Of a stretch of DNA of 64,000 bases, positions 48,743 through 63,288 are shown piece by piece. This DNA is from Takakia lepidozioides. Taxonomy: Eukaryota; Plantae; Bryophyta. Every line of letters begins with the position of its first letter. Position 1 is the stretch's first letter. The notes under the pieces were generated by a model. It was not told the origin of the DNA and ran no database searches. It saw only the letters and a program-made list of their open reading frames with translations. The stretch is from NCBI GenBank assembly GCA_030704615.1, contig CM060731.1, positions 7,874,001 to 7,938,000 on the forward strand, given 5' to 3'. Made by a program: the position numbers and the translations under genes.

Positions 48743-51590
48743 TCAATGATTTCTGGAATCCCTAAGGAGGAGTTTGTGCAGCTCGTTCACGCTCAACGCC
48801 GGTGCATGAATAAAGTCATCAATAGTCACGTTCATCCTCAACCTCTTCAGGTAAATGTAATACAGATGCTTGCACGGATAATATTGGAATCCTTCTTTGC
48901 TTCCATCACGAGAAGTCCGTACAATTGCAAGTCGGCTCCACTCCAATCGTAATTGTGTATACATCGTCGCGTACAGCCGAGCCGGCCGTTGCCATCCGAT
49001 ACACACGCCAAGGTCGGGTGGGGGTACGTCCATGGAGCTCTGAATAGTGCAAGCCATCCCAAGAGCATTGGCAATCCGAGTCTCATTCAACTTGTTGGGA
49101 GGGTGTCGTCTCTTCACTCTTCCGAATCGCATTGTGGGATGTGCAGAATTGTCCAATCCGTCTCTACTGGACCGAACAGTCTGCAATGGTTGGGTCTGAG
49201 GAACCGGAAATGCGTGGGCCGGGATGTCTGTGCGTTGCACCATTCGAAATCCTGCTGCAGATAGAGCATCCGCCTCATTCTGAAAGAGGCTGCAAACCCG
49301 GTGCAACAGGCCAGACGCCCGGAGGCTCCGGCATTCCCTGAATCCCAACTTGGGCTTGCCAAATACACAGGTCATTATATCGTGCCTACAGAACCAAAAT
49401 GTCTGCGTTGTGGCGTGAGCAAATGTGGGAGTCAAAAATCTGCCGCTGCTGAAACAAGGTACAGGTACAGCACCGTGTGGGTTCCTCCGAATCATCTCAC
49501 CACAGCGTGCTCTCGTATCCACCCGGATGGCGCAGCACTTCCCTCGAAATGCCGGCAATGTCCTCGCAATTCTCCACTGTGATTCCGACACTCTTGTCTC
49601 CACAATGGGAATGTTGTACTGCTTTACTACAGATGACTCGTTATGTTGCCGGGGCATGCGCCCTGTGCTCAAAGGAGATGGCGATCTTGAACGTGCAGGA
49701 CTTGCGGTGCTCGACGAGACCTCCTCAGGCAACATCACTGGACCACGAGGGAGCGTGCGAATATTCTTGTCAGCTCGCCATGAATCCTCTTCTCTGCCAG
49801 GTGCCTCGTCAAGTCTTCGTCTCACTGGACGGGTATGAACATCTCCTTCCAGATGTTGGCCTCTTCGCAGCAATGGCGTGTCCCGAAGGCCCTCTCGCAA
49901 GGCCGCCGCCCACTTCGAGGATTCTTCGATCTAGAGGGAGTCCGCATCAGCATTTCCTGCCTGTCCGGCCCCAAGCCCACTGTTTCCCTTTCAAGAACTC
50001 GTTGTACCTGCATTGCTGCATAATTGACCTCACAATGTCCTCCGTTGTGGCAGTGAGGATGTCCACCAGATGCGCTGCAGAGGAGGCACGCCAGGAAGAG
50101 TGCACTGATTCAGCCATGTTTGTCGTGGGCATGTCGGTGTCGGAGTCGAGACACATTTCCTGCACAAGCACATGTTCAGGTTACAAGCAAGTTACAAATA
50201 TGGCCAAGAATAATATTCAACGGGACGCGAATTTGTGCAACTCACCTCCCGCATATAGTCGCCGAACTGGAGGAAACGATAATGCCACCATGCTAGCCAA
50301 CTGACCATTGCTCCCTCGTCTGATTTCCTTACAGCACCTGACGATGTCCACCAAGCCCGTATGCATGCAAACTGTGTCTCTGCATCATCCAAGGTGGAAG
50401 CGCGCTTCCACGCAAGGCACATGGAACGGTGCTCCTCTCTGAAATCTGGCGCCACGAGCCTGGTTGTGTACTGCGAAAGGCTCTGCAGAAAATGGAACCC
50501 ACAAGATCTCTCCTTGCCTTCCATGGGAACATTGGGGTCTTGCCCGTACACCCTTCGGATGGCAGCCCAATTTGCTTGTGCGTTGTCCGCCATGAAACCA
50601 TGGAAATTCGGAGGGGCAATCCCGCCTTGGCCATCTGTTCGTTTATTCCCTGCCAAAGAAGCATCTCCGATTGTGTGTCCTCTCCTTTCATTTCACAAAT
50701 AGCAATTGTCATTAGCATCCTGCAGTGGGTGTCGTAGACATGTGCACCCATTGTCACCCACTATTGATTTGTAATTCGCTTGATATGGTCGAACATGACC
50801 CAACTGTTTGACAAGTTCCCACTCGTCATCCTGTCGACCAGTTCGACGCCGCTACTAGGTCCACACGTGGACATTTTGAATACGAAACAACGATCTGCCT
50901 CAGTCCTTGTCCTGGAAACCTACTTCCATGAATGTAGTCATATCCAATCGTCGCTTCACCTCCAGAATGGAGTGCATATCCGAGCCACGCCCAATTTTCT
51001 GTTTGCATGAGACAATGTGGTTTCGGACATTCGGTGAACATACGTGGGACACCAGACTCCAGCAATGCCTCCATTTCCTTCTCGTCGAGAGGAACTCTAT
51101 CGAAGCCGTCTTCCGACATAATTCTGGCCAATGCCATCTTATGGGCGGCTTGGAGCTATATCTGTTTGGGTTTGGCACCCGGTCTCAACTTAACCTCCTC
51201 CTGAACGAGCTGCTCTGCTTCGTGGGCAGGCTCCCACGAGTTCCCCCTCGCCAATTTGTGACAATGGGAACCAACGTGTATGCAAGCTCGGGTGAGGTCA
51301 GGTGCAACACATAGAACTGCTTGGCATTACAAACAGACATGCAGTGTGGTGGTTCTTTGCAATGCGCACACTTAAATGTGGAGTTCGGAACCTTCTCCTG
51401 AGCTCGAAATGGTTGATGAGCTGTGCCTGTCCAATCGGTCTCGTTCCTGTGACCTCTGGATTTAAAGTGGAAGCAAGTTGGGGAGAAACACCGCAACGCG
51501 CCCGCACAAACAACGTAGCGCACCCGCACACCATCGAGTATCTTCATGCTGGTGGTTTTGGTAACGCACCAAGGATGACCGTCATATTTT
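48743..51590 (-). pseudogene. MULE transposase of A', 5'-deleted and frameshifted
   Basis: Near-identical peptides to 8300-11159, split across several frames. Confidence 0.9.
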
Positions 51591-52850
51591 CTAAGTGGAA
51601 TCCCGGATGGATGGAATCCGGCGCCGCATTTCCATCCTGCAGGTAATTCGAATCCCCGATGGATGGAAATCCGGCGTCGCATTTTCATCCTGCAGGTAAT
51701 TCGAATCCCCGATGGATGGAAATTCGGCGCCGAATTTCCATCCAGCAGGTAAGTGGAATCCCGGATGGATGGAAATTCGGTGACGATTTTCCATCCAGCA
51801 GGTACGTGGAATCCCGGATGGATGGAAATCCGGCGCCGAATTTCCATCCAGCAGGTAAGTCGGATCGCTAGCGTATGGATATTCGGCGCCGAATTTCCAT
51901 TCACCAGGTATTTCATCGCTCAGAATTACCTTCCTGCAGGTAATTCTGATCGATGAATTACCTTCCTGCAGGTAGTTCTGATCGATGAAGGTAGGAAGGT
52001 AATTCCTCGCTCAGAATTACCTGCAGGAAGGTAATTCTGAGCGATGAAATACCTGGTGAATGGAAATTCGGCGCCGAATATTCATACGCCAGCGATCCGA
52101 CTTACCTGCTGGATGGAAATTCGGCGCCGGATTTCCATCCATCCGGGATTCCACTTACCTGCTGGATGGAAATCCGGCGCCGAATTTCCATCCATCCGGG
52201 ATTCCACTTACCTGCAGGATGGAAATCCGGCGCCGCATTTCCATCCATCCAAGATTCGAATTACCTGCAGGATGGAAATTCGGCGCCGGATTTCCATCCA
52301 TCGGGGATTCGAATTACCTGCAGGATGGAAATGCGGTGCCGGATTTCCATCCATCCGGGATTCCACTTACCTGCTGGATGGAAATTCGGCGCCGGATCTC
52401 CATCCATCCGCCTGCGAATTACCTGCGTGAGGGAAATTTGGCGCGCCGCCCTACCTGCGCGGATGGAAATCCGGCGCCGGATTTCCATCCATCCGCTTCT
52501 GAATTACTTGCGTGAGGGAAATTTCCAGCGCCGCCCTACTTGCACGGATGGAAATCCGGCGCCGGATTTCCATCCATCCGCTTCTGAATTACCTGCGTGA
52601 GGGGAATTTGGCGCGCCGCCCTACCTGCTCGGATGGAAATCCGGCGCCGGATTTCCATCCATCCGCTTCTGAATTACCTGCGTGAGGGAAATTTCCAGCG
52701 CCGCCCTACCTTGCTGGATGGAAATTCGGCGCTGGATTTCCATCCTGCTGCGCTCCGAATTACTTGCAGGATGGAAATCCGGCGCCGGAATTCCATCGTG
52801 CAGCGCTCCAAATTACTTCTACGTTGGAAATTCCGGGCCTCTTTACGTCG
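51591..52850. repeat. GGAAAT(T/C)CGGCGCCG(A/G)ATTTCC palindrome array of A', fold-back centre ~51990
   Basis: Same core palindrome as in A, with inverted arms around 51870-51940 and 52010-52100. Confidence 0.93.
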
Positions 52851-53047
52851 ATTTTCATCCGACATGGAGGGCTTCATCCGACATTTAATTGCGCAGTTGG
52901 GCAATAAATGTCCACCGCCGTCGGTTTTCATTCGGGCTGGCGACACATGGCTTCCTGGATACGTACCCTAAATCTCATGCTAATCTTGGCTTAACATGCT
53001 ATTCGAGGCATGTACCCCAAAAACGGAGATCTTTTTAGCTGGGACTT

Positions 53048-55890
53048 ATGCCGCCTGAAGGGCGTGGCTCTCCTGAGAGAGACCTCACATCCAGACCGCG
53101 GCGGAAGTTGAAAGCTCTGTACTACGGACGACGGCCAATCTCTCGCATGGCCAAACTGAAGCTCCAGCAGGAGATTCCAGTGTCTTACTCACAACCCGCG
53201 CCAACTGAAGCCGAGTACTATCAGGCAAGCCACTTCTGCTTTCGGTTTGTTCGATTTCTTTTTGCTTTCGCTTTGTTACCTCGCTTTGTTTTTGCATCTT
53301 CATCCTGGCTTCGCTGGATGAGTGAACTTTAGATAGTTGAGTAAACCTTAGATTGTTTGCAATGCGTGTGCAAATCCGGCAGCTCTGGAGAAGGCTGCTT
53401 GTGCATGTCATTCTCAGGCAATGGTTGCATTTGTTTTCATTGTTGTTGCATGGCTCTCCATACTTCCTAAACTTGTTATGTTTTCATTTTTGCTACACGA
53501 TTGTTGCTATGGTGGTTGCGCTGCTCGTTGCGATGCTGGTTTTTGCACCGATGTTGGTTTTCACGATTTTTGTCAATGACAGAGTGACGACGAGCCCGGC
53601 ACGCTGGTGGTATCATCGACAGCTCCAACTCATCGCATGTTTGAATCGCCCAACTTGGGGCGAGAGGGCAAACTTAAACCTTTTGTTGGTGGACGGGAGG
53701 ACTTGCAACGAGAGTACGACAGAATAGGCATTGGGGAGGTTGGTGCAGGCGGCATGGCAGGTGAAGGGCATGAGGACATGATGACAGCAGATCCAGCAAT
53801 GGAGGTTGTTGATGCACATGCAGTAGGGCCCGCCCACGCAAAGAAAAAGAAGAAAGCTAAGCACATGCAATCCCCGGCGAGAGAGCCGTCACGGGCTGCG
53901 GAGGGGGGAGTGAGCAGTGCGCGCGAGGGTGTCAGTTCGCCTCAATCAAAGGTGGTCGTCTTGGAGGGCTCCCCTGCTGCTAGCCCTAGTAAGAAACAGA
54001 AAGCCCGTGAGAGGGCAAAAGAGAGGGCAAAAGAACAGACGAGACAGAATGCTAGCCAGGAGGAAAGAGAAAAGGCAGTTGAAGAGGCCAGGGGTGCCCA
54101 AATGACAGATGCCAATGTAAGCGAGGGACGCACAAAGACGGTGGATCCCTCCAAGACACCACAGAGAGGCAGTAACACATCGGTTAGACCATCGCGGGCA
54201 AGAGCAGCCCCTGCAATTACCCATATGGTGGAGAGTGGAGGAGAGGAAAGAACACCAGAAAGAGCACGGATTGTGCAAGTTCGAGGTGAAGCCAGGGAGA
54301 GGGCAGTAGAGACGGGGAGAGTGCTGGAGGTGGTTTCGCAGGTGGCTGACCCTGTTGAGGAGGACGACAGGGAGCTTTCTGACCAGGATGACATCCTCCC
54401 GGACATCCCCAGGCCCCAAACCCGGAGCATACAGGCTGGATTTGGCGGTCCTGGTGGGCTGCCGGAAAACCCCTCTGCAGCAGACGTCATGTCTGAGGCG
54501 GATATGAAGTTGGCCGCTACCAAGATGTTGGAGGCAACCCACAGCAACATTGGCAGGGTGCTGGGGGGCATTGTGTACCCGGCCAAGCTTCGAATTCCCC
54601 TTTGCCGCTTGGTGTCATTGCAGGTGGTGAGACCTGCCCTCCCAGACGATATCGACAAGCTGAAATTCTCTTTCCGGGATGGATATCGAATGGGGTCTGC
54701 CGCGTTTTACGTTTCCATTGAGAACGACCACGGAGCTTCCCGTGCCCACACTTCCGATGAGGTGGACAAATGGGGTCCCCATTGGCAAACGCGAAATGAG
54801 GAGTTCGAGAGATCGATTGCTAGTGATCCTCTTTTCAACACTTGTCCGGTAAGATGTTCTACGTGTGGGACGACAATCATCGCCTCCTGGCATGGATGGA
54901 GCACATTGCCCAAGCCCACCCCAACGACCTCGATTGGCATTTTGCCGTGGATTGTGTTGTGCTGAAGGTTGCGGGGCCCAAAGATCGCAGTCTTCTCAAA
55001 GCTGCAATGGCCGACATCAACTCGTAAGCTACAACGCCTCTCGCTTTTGGACTTTGAATTTGGAAGTCATTTCATTGCAAATCCTCATATATGATGGAAA
55101 TTCCCATTTCAGTATTGTTTGATGGAAATGTGGCACTGCAGGGTGACTGAGAATGCCTTCATTGCCACCAACTTGTCCCATATGCTCTTCCGAGTGAAGG
55201 ATGTCGGGAAGCAGGGGGTGCAAGAGTTTGCCAATTCCCTCAGTGCCGACCTCCTGCGCAAGTCGGAGGCAAAGGCAGACAGAACCTGGTATAGGCTGAG
55301 CGTCGACGCCATGGTGGACTACATATTTCGGGTAAAGCTCCTGACAGTTTTGTTGAGCTAATCTGTCTCTCCTCCCCCAATAGAAGAAATTGTGTTGAGC
55401 GGGATCTCTAATCTTATGTGCGCATTCTTGACAGACGAAAATACAGCAGGATTTGGCACATGCGCGGAGGTTCTACATGGAGTCAGAGGAGTCGAATCCA
55501 ACCCTCCCGGAACTCGAATCGTATGTCAAAGCTGCGGAGGTGAGGGCCCGCATAAAGTACAAGTCGCGGATGGTAAAGTACGTGGCCATAGCTGATCCCG
55601 CCCTTGGTGCCGACTTTCTGGTGGAGGTGGGGAAGCACTACTCTCGCGCTCTGAAGCCCACGATGACATTGGAGAAGCTCCATCGTCTAGCCACATCCTG
55701 TGTGGATGCAATAGAAAAGGTGATACATTCTTAACCAAATTGTGGTGGCAGCAACTCTTTTTTGTGGTGTTTGGCGCTTACGAATATGCTGGGTGGTTGG
55801 ACAGACCCGGTGGCTCCAAATCTGGAATGGTTCCCAAAGTACCAGGGACATGTGGAGCTTCCCCAAACCGGACAAACTCTCTGACCCCAC
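53048..55890 (+). pseudogene. ParB-like cargo gene of A' (frameshift ~54836, DGNHR>DDNHR, truncated by LTR)
   Basis: Near-identical to the reverse complement of 1725-4553. Confidence 0.85.
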
Positions 55891-58800
55891 TGTCGCGCGG
55901 CTTTTTCTCACCCATCCCTTCGCTATCCGAGGCGGAAACTCCAAGATAGAAGAGTTGGAAATCTTTAAGTACTCAGCCCGCGCAGAACAATCAGTCATGA
56001 CCTACAGCTAGTGTATCATGGGGGTGTTTCCTATTTGTTTCCCTTTCCGCATTCATCTTAGCTACCTTACCATTGATAATTAAGTATCAGTTTGCTTCAT
56101 CAATCTATCAGTTTCCTTCACTCTTTCATTCAATCCACAGCTTCACTCAGATCTCTCTACACAGTGTGATTGTATCGCATAAGTATCAGATTATGATTTA
56201 TCAGGTATCAGGCCGAAGCCATTGTGTCTCTAATCTGCTCTACAATATCACTACAGCTTTGCATATAACAAGCATCTACTAATCCTCTTTCCTCCTTCAC
56301 CGCGCTCTCCATCTTTTGCTTTCGATCTCCGCTCCAGCCTGACTAAGAAGTCCTCCTCCAGCCTGACTGTTTATTTCTTTTGTTGATTGGTCAAGCATAG
56401 TTGTAAATGTAGCACATTGTATCGCCATCCTGTTATGCACTGTCTGCAACTCCGTATGTAGTGCATTCAGTTCTTGCAACTTGCTTTCATGCTGCACCTG
56501 CATTTGGTATAGCTGTTGCTTATGTGCTTCGTGCAACTGGTCTTGCGCGAGGCCTGCCTCAATCAATTGTTGCTTGGCCAACTGCAAAGCCATTTCTGTA
56601 TTGCCCAAGTCCTGCTTCATCTTGAGAGTGACCTCTTCATCGACCTTGTTTGCACACTCAGTGGCAAGTCGAGCCTCAAACTCCTTCCTGAGTTCCTCTT
56701 TCAAGGCTGTCAATTGGGTAATTGGAACATGGGATTTGACACAAGTCCCCAACAAATTAAGTGTCCTGCCTATGGAACTCATCAGCATTGCCTGTTGAGG
56801 GTCATCATGGTGAGGTTGCTGCTGTTCCTCCTGATCTTCAACAGTATGATGTCTCACTAACCATTCAGGCCATTGTCCCACCGGATTTTCTTCCTGAACT
56901 ACTTCATCTATGACCGGTGTTACAGTGTCATGACCTTCCGCCTGTGGTACCTCCGACACAGGTGTGTGCATTATATGCACCTCAGGATTTCCCTTGGGCA
57001 ACTGTTGCACCTCTGGGATTTCTGTCTCCTTGACCAGACCAGAATATTCATAGAGAAGGTCCCCTTTCTCTATTTCTGCCACTATCTGTTCTGTAGTTGG
57101 AATATCTATCCCTTCACTTTCCAAATCAATTATTTCGGGTTGAGCTGCATGGATAACCTGTGACCTTGTGACAAGTCGTTCAAGTGGCTGTGATGGTTGT
57201 GATGCAGAAGTAACTTCCTCCTCCCTCTCTGAAGGTCCTGCTTCCAGTAATAGCATTTGTCTGTGCTGCTGTGCCCCTTCCTGGCCATGAGCTTGGGAAA
57301 CATTATCATGCGGAATCCGTGAAGCCAGTGGATCCGCCACTACAGTCTTTCCCTTCTCTGCCTCTTAGTCTCGGGTTGTGCTGCTAGTCCACCCTCACTG
57401 TGTGAAGAGCCTTGCTCTTCCATTGCAGTTGTTTCTGGCTCAAACACTCCCATTTCCTTCCTTTCTTGTGCATTAAGTATGCCAGAATTAAGGATTATTT
57501 GAGCAATGATTGGGCCAGACACAATGATAGGAGACTTTACGGTAGTACCTTGTAATCTTTTCATCTCCTCTACTAGTGCGTTGTACATTATGTCCGCCCA
57601 TTGTACCTCTTGTCCCTTCAGGCCTTTGAGTATTTCCTCTGTGAAGGATCTGCTCAAATATTGTTGGTTCTGTTTCAGGGCAATCAGAACGTTCAATACC
57701 TGGCCTATCTCTTTTAACCCTGGGTACACAGCTTTGGTACAAGCATAACCCTGAGTTTTAAAGAAACTCCCTTCTTGGAATAAGTCCCCTATTTGCAGTC
57801 TTGCCCTGTGTTCCTCCACATGCACCTGACGTGCTGGCAATCGAAACAATTGCTGGAGGTATAGGGGAGTAATCATTAATTCAACTCCCTTCACCGTTGT
57901 TGTTCCTGTCCTTGGCTCAAAGTTCTGCAAAAATTGTAACATGTACTGTCTATGGTGTAGTGTCCAATCTAGGCTTTGCAATCCTTCCAATCTCAGCTCC
58001 TCCAGTATCTTTATCGCCTGTGGGGTAGCCATCGTTTGTTTCTGCAGAATTGTGGTGCTCTTCACCCTGATTTCCTCCATTCCTCTCACTCTCTTCATTT
58101 TAGACTCACAGAACTGCTTTGGCTGTAACAACTACAGGAATGCCTGTAGTGCACAAAGCATAAACGTATGGTTGCCGCAGAAAGCTATGGGTAATTTCTT
58201 GTAAGCCTGCGGGGCTTGCAAGCATTGCTCAAGAGAAAGGCCCTGCTCTGTCCTTTCGTGTCTATGCCACTGCGTAAGTAATATTGCGAGCGTATAGTCT
58301 GTTAGTTCCTCCATAGTTTCCAAGTTATAGCATTTATGGCCTGTCTTGTCGAGACGCCCGTTACTCAGAACGACGCCGCCTCTTGCGCTCAATTTCCCTC
58401 CATTTTCTTGATCCTTTCTCTGGTTTTCTATTGGCTGTATCCGCTGTGACTGGATTTTAAATTTTATCTTCTTTAGTGGACTTTCCCTCTTGGATAGTCC
58501 ACTAGGATCACACATGTGACAAGAATTCGGCTTTTCTGTACTTGCCGTTCGTTCCGTTTCCCTTTTTCCGTACTCATTAATGGGCCTGGCTTTCATCCCT
58601 TTTGACGGCCGTTCTTGTCTTCTTTCTTTTTGACACCTGTCCTTGCACTTCATTGTCTGCTGTGTGTCGCGTCCTGACCTCCACGTGTCTATTTTTAAAG
58701 TAATTTCCGTTTCCTCTTCCGTCATCCATTTTCCTGAAGTTATTATGTGTCCACTTGTCACTGATTCTATGGATGGTGTAACTTTAGTAGGCTGTGTTGA

Positions 58801-61800
58801 GCTGTGACAGGCTGTGTCATACTGTGTTACACTGTGATAGGCTGTGATGCACTGTGGTAAGCTGTGATAGGCTGTGACACGCTGTGGTAGGTTGTTATAG
58901 GCTGTGTTGCACCGTGCTGGGCTGTGATAGGCTGTGTTGCGCCTTGCTGGGCTGTGATAGGCTGTGTCACGTCGTGATGGGCTGTGGTTGGCTGTGTCAC
59001 GTTTGTTTTGCCCGCCCTGGTCATATATACTGGGCCTAGCGACAAGTGTTCCATACTCCGTTCGTAACACTGGGCAGCCCGTGACTGCTCTTGCGGTTCA
59101 ACATGCAAATCATGCTGCAGGGGTTTGTCATGGATACCACTGTATCCCTTCAACTTATTTGCATTGACTCTTCCCAGCATTTCTTTGTTAATGGTTTGTA
59201 ACATGGCGGTGTTGTTATCATACATCTTTTGTATGACATAAGGTCCTTTCCACGGTGATTTAAGCTTAGAAGCTTGAATCTTTCCTTTCTTCTGCAACCA
59301 TAGAACCAAATCCCCCGTCTTAAAAGTCTTTAACTTGCCTTCATCAAACTGTTCCTTTCGCTTCATCTGAATTCTGGTCATATTATCAGCTGCATCAGCA
59401 CGTACTTCTTCCATATGGTATAATTCATGTTTCCTGACCTTGATGGAGTCTTGCAATTCCATTCTTTTTCCCCACTCCGTTCTCATGGTAGGTAACAGGA
59501 ATTCCACTGGAAGTAAGGCTTCCATACCATAAACTAATTGGAATGGTGTATACTTAGTGGTGACTTTATATGAAGTCCTGTATGACCATAAAGCTGTCAG
59601 CAGCTTTGTATCCCAATCCGTTCTGTTTGCATTGACTATCTTAGCCAAGATAGTACATAGTATTTTGTTGGTAGCCTCTGCCTGCCCATTACCCTGCGGG
59701 TAATATGTTGTACTCTTTCTATGCACAATCATAAACTCTTTAGTCAACAACTCAATGGTCTCATTCATGAAGTGACTTCCTTGATCACTGATAAATTCTA
59801 AGGGACAGCCAAATCGTGTAAGTATGTTCTCGTACAGGAACCTTGCTGTGGACTTGGCTGTGTTGTCCCTCAAAGCTTTAGCTTCCACCCACTTTGTAGT
59901 ATAATCAGTGGCTGTAATTATGTACCTGTTTCGTGTATTCTTGGATGGTGGATTAATTGGTCCAACAAAGTCTAGTCCCCATTTCTGAAATGGTTCCGTA
60001 GGCATTTAGGATGCAAGGCCATCCTTCCAGATCTCTGCAAAGGTCCTAGCCTCTGACATTCATCACACTTCTGACAATACTCATGTACATCTTTGAACAA
60101 AGTAGGCCACCAGTATCCTGCGAGTAGTATCTTTCTACTGGTAGTCTCTTCTCCAAAATGACCTCCAGCCACTCCTTTATGAACTTCCTCCAAGACTTTA
60201 TTTACTTCATGGTGGTACAAGCATCGTTTTAGTACTCCATCAGGTCCTAACTTATACATTCTGCTTCCTACCATAGTATAAGGTAAAGCTTTGATAGCAA
60301 TTCTCTTCCTCTGCTCCTTACCATAACTAGGTGGGCACTGACCATGAGCAAGGTAGTATCTGATTGGCCACTGCCAATCTAACCATTCATCTGCACTTCC
60401 TTGCACCTCCATTACAAATAAACTCGCATCAGGTAACTGATCGTCCACTCCTGTGGCGGCCTCTCCTGTTGTTAGTCGTGACAAATGATCTGCCACAAGA
60501 TGCAAACGGCCAGGCTTGTAAATAACCTCGAACTCAAACTCATGCAAGATTATTAACCACCTCGCTATCCTTCCACTTATCAAAGGTTTGTTCACCAGAT
60601 ATATCAGAGCCTGGTGATCCACATAAAACATAAACTTTCTTCCCAATAGGTAATGCCTGAATTTCTTGACTGCATAAATCATTGCCAATGCTTCTCTTTC
60701 CGTTGTACTATAGTTCCTCTCAGCACTGTTCATCAATCGGCTAGCATAGTACACAGGTGAATCTATATTCCCTGTAACATTCTGGGCTAACACCGCACCC
60801 AACGCTTCTCCTGATGCATCGCAGTGAACATGAAATACTACATGCCAGTGAGGGTTAATCAGCACAGGTGTAGTTGTTACTGACAGTGTAAGTTCCTCAA
60901 ACGCCTGTTGACATTCAGCTGTCCAGGCAAACACTGCATCTTTCTTCAGAAGCTTGCTCAATGGTGCTGCTATTTGTGCATACCTTTTGACAAATCTTCT
61001 GTAATAACTGGTTTGCCAAGGAATCTTCGTAGACTTTTAACATTCACTGGGGTGGAGAGGCTTTAATGGACTCTGTCTTCCTGGGATCCACAAGGAGTCC
61101 CTTCTTACACACAATGTGTCCCAGAAGCACCCCTGAGTTCACACAGAAAGTACACTTCTCTGGATTCAGGCCCAGACCTCTCATCCTGCATCTGGCCAAA
61201 CATAACTCCAATTTATGCAAGTGCTCACTCTTAGAGCTGTACACACTGAAATCATCCAAGAATACCTGCATGAAATCATCCAGATACTCATGAAAAGATT
61301 CACTTATCACTCTCTGAAAGGTCGCTGGTGCATTACAAAGTCCAAAGGGCATGACTTTGTATGCATAAGCCCCCCAGTCTGTGATGAAAGCTGTTTTCCC
61401 TTGGTCTTCTTCTGCCACTTGCACTTGATGATTATAACCACTGAAGCCATCCATGAATGAGTACATCTCATGGCCTGCCACAGTGTCTAATACTGCTTCT
61501 GTGAATGGCAAAGGGAAAGGATCTTTCTTCATACAAGCATTCAGCTTCTTATAGTTTACACATACTCTTAGTTTGCCATTCTTCTTGGGAACTATAACAA
61601 TGGGTGACAACCAAGTTGTATACTCTATTGGGTATATAAACTTAGCCTCAGCCAACTTCTTTATCTCTTCTCCAACCTTCTGTGCGTAGTTGGGATTCAT
61701 TCTATACCTCGCCTGCTTGATTGGTACTGACCCTGGTTCCAGTTCAATCTTATGCTGACAGACTTCAGGTGGTATCCCTTTTAGATCCTCATAGCTCCAA

Positions 61801-63288
61801 GCAAATACATCTCTGTATTTGATGAACAAGCTTTTAGCTTCTTCGAAGAATTCCGGCTCCAAATCAGCTCCTACTTTCACCATTCTCGGTTCCTCCTGAG
61901 TTCCCACATTTACTTCTCTCACCTGCTCATCAGCTGTGATTGTCCAACCAGTCACCACTTCATCCTTTAAGCTCACAGTGGCTGGTTCTTCTAGGATTTC
62001 TATCTCTCCCTCCTTTTCTTCATAGAAATGTGGTGGGTAACTGCTGGTTCCTCTTCAATTGGTGTTGCCGACACTACACCACAGCAGATACCTCTTAAAC
62101 AACTTAGGCTTTCCAGCCGCATCTCCGCAACCTGCTCCCACTCTGGGTGTGCAGCAAATAGGGTAGCTTCCTGCTCCTCATCCAGTCCTCCTCTCCAGTC
62201 ATACTCTCTGACTCCTCGAGGTCTTCTTGTAGCAGGTAATCTACTAGATTTCTTTGTGGTAATTTGTATCTCGTGCATCCCATTATGCACAGTTAGTAAC
62301 TGAGAATTCCAGTCATGGAATACCCTGGCCTGTTTCAGCCACGGACGTCCCAATAATAAGGAGTAAGCCTCCATGACTTCATCCATTTTTAATACAGTTA
62401 CTGTGATCATAAGATCATTTTCTGTATCTGTATCTTAACTCCTCTTATTAATCCCAATGGCTGCACACTTCTTTGATCTGCCATTGTTACTGTAAATGGG
62501 GCTGGTTTCATGTTACTTAGACCAAGCTTCTTCCTTAATTGGTCTGTCATGATATTTACTCCAGAACCACCATCTATCAGTACATCAGTTAGTTCTGTGC
62601 TTCCAATTCTCAATTGGATTACTGGCGTAGAATCATCAAAGTCCATGACTGGTTCTCGCCCTTCCGGCTTCACATTATAACTGGTCACCTTGCTGTTCAG
62701 GTCTGTGTTTCCTGTCTCTTGGGCAATTCGATTGATTGCCTGATACAGCCTGTGCCCACAATAAGGTGCCACAGCTAATAGCTGTCCAATGGTAATTTCT
62801 GCTTTGGTCTGACATATTACTGCAGCCAAAGTCCCTTCATTACTTTGCATGTCTGCATCTTCTTTTTTCCTTTCTTCCTCACTCCCTTCTTTTTCTCCAT
62901 CCGAATCAGAGGAATCTGCCACACAGGAATATCAGTACTCTTTTGCATTTCCCCTTATAGTATCTGCCACTTCCTTGTGCAGTTCCTTCTCAATCTTTCC
63001 AAGTCTCTTCATCTTCAGCATATCATTGCCACTTCCCAGTCTCATCTTCTTCTTCTCTTACTACCTGGAGGTATTAGTTTGGCTTTACTTCTTGTTACTA
63101 TCATTGTACTTACTTCTGATACAACACATGGCCTAACCATGTGAGCTGGCCACCACTGGGCCCTCATTCACAGGAGCTCTCATCTCATTCTGGTGTCTTA
63201 TCCAGAATGAACAGGCTGCCTTGCGATGTCCTGGCTGATTACAATAGTAACATAGCTCTTCACACCATTGGGTCCTCGCCCTTGGTGT
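55891..63288 (-). mobile_element. Minus-strand Gypsy copy: partial 3' LTR (55891-~56345), deleted 3' ORF, pol and end of gag, running into the gap
   Basis: LTR end rc TGTCGCGCGGC at 55891. Integrase 58827-60005 (WGLDFVGP, SDQG, NGQAE), RNase H 59972-60961 (CDAS), RT 61044-61976 and protease 62407-62922. Confidence 0.93.

Larger units (their letters stand above)
47835..55890 (-). mobile_element. Second, inverted and decayed copy of MULE family A (A')
   Basis: Begins GAGGTTTGCTATTTCATGAGC and is colinear with the reverse complement of ~1725-11924. It has an internal deletion at ~51590 and is cut by an LTR at 55891. Confidence 0.92.

Noticed and set aside
1725-55890. A and A' as giant terminal inverted repeats of one mega-element
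   Set aside because: Their termini face inward, each abuts a different Gypsy target sequence, and their arrays differ. Independent insertions are the simpler explanation.
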